32,000 nucleotides of DNA from Mycobacterium tuberculosis H37Rv (GTDB taxonomy: Bacteria > Actinomycetota > Actinomycetes > Mycobacteriales > Mycobacteriaceae): contig NC_000962.3 in NCBI RefSeq assembly GCF_000195955.2, positions 1,260,001-1,292,000 on the forward strand, given 5' to 3'. The position numbers and the translations under genes were made by a program. Below, one piece after another: positions 30,301 through 32,000 of this stretch (position 1 is the stretch's first letter; each line of letters begins with the position of its first letter). The notes under the pieces are model-generated. The model was given only the letters and a program-made list of their open reading frames with translations. It searched no databases and was not told the DNA's origin.

Positions 30301-31026
30301 ATCACCTACGCCGATACCCAGGCGCGTCCCGTGCCGGTGATCACCAGCCCGGAATGGTCGGGCAGCGAGAGCGGTGGCCGCCGCTACGCGCCGTTCACGA
30401 TCAACATCGAGCATCTTAAGCCGTTTCACACGCTCACCGGGCGTATGCACTTCTACCTGGCGCATGACTGGGTCGAAGAACTCGGCGAGCAGTTGCCCGT
30501 CTATCGGCCGCCGCTGGACATGGCGCGGCTGTTCAACCAGCCCGAGCTCGGACCGACCGACGATGGACTCGGGCTCACCGTGCGCTATCTGACGCCGCAC
30601 TCCAAGTGGTCGTTTCACTCGACCTACCAGGACAACCTATACATGTTGTCGTTGTCCCGTGGCGGTCCGACGATGTGGATGAGCCCGGGTGACGCGGCGA
30701 AAATCAATGTGCGCGACAATGATTGGGTAGAGGCGGTCAATGCCAACGGCATCTACGTGTGCCGGGCAATCGTCAGCCACCGGATGCCCGAGGGTGTGGT
30801 GTTCGTCTACCACGTGCAGGAGCGCACCGTGGACACGCCGCGCACCGAGACCAACGGCAAACGCGGCGGCAACCATAACGCGCTGACCCGCGTACGAATC
30901 AAACCCAGCCACCTGGCCGGTGGCTACGGCCAGCACGCGTTCGCGTTCAACTACCTGGGTCCGACCGGTAACCAGCGTGACGAGGTGACCGTGGTGCGCC
31001 GCCGCAGCCAGGAAGTGCGGTACTGA
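27328..31026 (+). CDS. narG: Respiratory nitrate reductase alpha chain, 1232 aa
   Basis: GTG start; [42 protein letters not shown] and throughout a molybdopterin oxidoreductase of NarG type. Followed immediately by NarH. Confidence 0.97.
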   Translation: [1232 protein letters not shown]

Positions 31027-31063
31027 CCAATGAAGGGCCCGAGCGACGCTTGCGGAGCGAGAC

Positions 31064-32000
31064 GATGAAGGTCATGGCGCAGATGGCGATGGTGATGAAC
31101 CTCGACAAATGCATTGGTTGCCATACCTGCTCGGTGACCTGCAAGCAGGCCTGGACCAATCGCTCGGGAACCGAGTACGTGTGGTTCAACAATGTCGAAA
31201 CCCGTCCGGGTGTGGGCTACCCGCGCACCTACGAGGATCAGGAGCGGTGGCGCGGGGGGTGGGTGCGCGACAAGAAGGGCCGGCTGCGGCTGCGCGACGG
31301 CGGCCGGATCCATAAGCTGTTGCGCATCTTTGCCAACCCCAAGCTGCCCACTATCGGCGACTACTACGAGCCGTGGACCTATGACTACGAAAACCTGACA
31401 TCGGCGCCGGCGGGTGACACCTTTCCGACCGCGGCGCCGCGAAGCCTGATCAGCGGCAATCCGATGAAGGTGTCGTGGGGATCCAACTGGGACGACAACC
31501 TGGCCGGGTCGCCAGAGATCGTGCCGAACGACCCGGTGCTAAAGAAGGTCAACCAAGTCAACCAAGAGGTCAAGCTGAAGCTTGAAGAGACCTTCATGTT
31601 TTACCTGCCGCGGATCTGCGAGCACTGCCTGAACCCGTCGTGTGTGGCGTCGTGTCCGTCGGGGGCGATGTACAAGCGCACCGAGGACGGCATCGTGCTC
31701 GTCGACCAGGACCGCTGCCGCGGCTGGCGGATGTGTGTGTCCGGGTGCCCATACAAGAAGGTGTATTTCAACCACAAGACCGGCAAGGCCGAAAAGTGCA
31801 CCCTGTGCTATCCGCGCATCGAGGTGGGGTTGCCGACGGTGTGCTCGGAAACGTGTGTGGGGCGGCTGCGCTATCTGGGTCTGGTGCTCTATGACGTCGA
31901 TCAGGTGCTGCAGGCCGCGTCGGTGGAAAGCGACACCGACCTCTACGAGGCGCAGCGCCGGATCCTGCTGGACCCGCACGATCCGCGGGTGATCGCCGGG
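31064..32000 (+). CDS. narH: Respiratory nitrate reductase beta chain, 5' part, runs off the window edge; start could be slightly upstream
   Basis: MKVMAQMAMVMNLDKCIGCHTCSVTCKQAWTNRSGTEYVWFNNVETRPG...RICEHCLNPSCVASCPSGAMYKR: Fe-S subunit motifs. Confidence 0.96.

Noticed and set aside
28591-30618. 675-aa minus-strand ORF opposite narG
   Set aside because: Antisense to a fully conserved narG frame; Arg/His-rich composition with no domain. Long antisense ORFs are expected at this GC content.

Overview
The window is a high-GC mycobacterial chromosome segment. Protein content and gene order match the Mycobacterium tuberculosis complex, H37Rv genes Rv1133c (metE) to Rv1162 (narH); this assignment is from recall, not a database search. 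Contents in order: 5' part of metE behind a cobalamin riboswitch; a decayed YCII/DGPF gene; PPE16 (MPTR type); remnants of a thiolase and an enoyl-CoA hydratase; a flavoprotein/ICMT-like pair; a CPBP membrane protease; tandem enoyl-CoA hydratases (echA11/echA10); mcr; an SDR; frameshift-split mmpL13a/b; a methyltransferase; a repeat island (REP13E12 plus IS701-like remnant, bounded by 48-bp inverted repeats, abutted by an IS5/IS427-like element); a sirtuin divergent from a GntR regulator; omt; a DUF1697 protein; an F420-binding protein; a DUF5302 protein; an HhH-GPD-like protein overlapping a 48-aa DUF1059-like ORF; two Ala/Pro-rich secreted proteins; pimE; a pterin carbinolamine dehydratase; mutT2; narG; and partial narH. 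I see no CRISPR, tRNA, rRNA or obvious new defence system. The items most worth a second look are: the 48-bp inverted repeats around the REP13E12 segment; an unannotated-looking 43-aa minus-strand ORF followed by a U-tailed terminator; a ~60-bp dyad-containing repeat family at two loci; two palindromes upstream of mmpL13a; and several decayed lipid-metabolism genes, one with a probably spurious antisense ORF over it.
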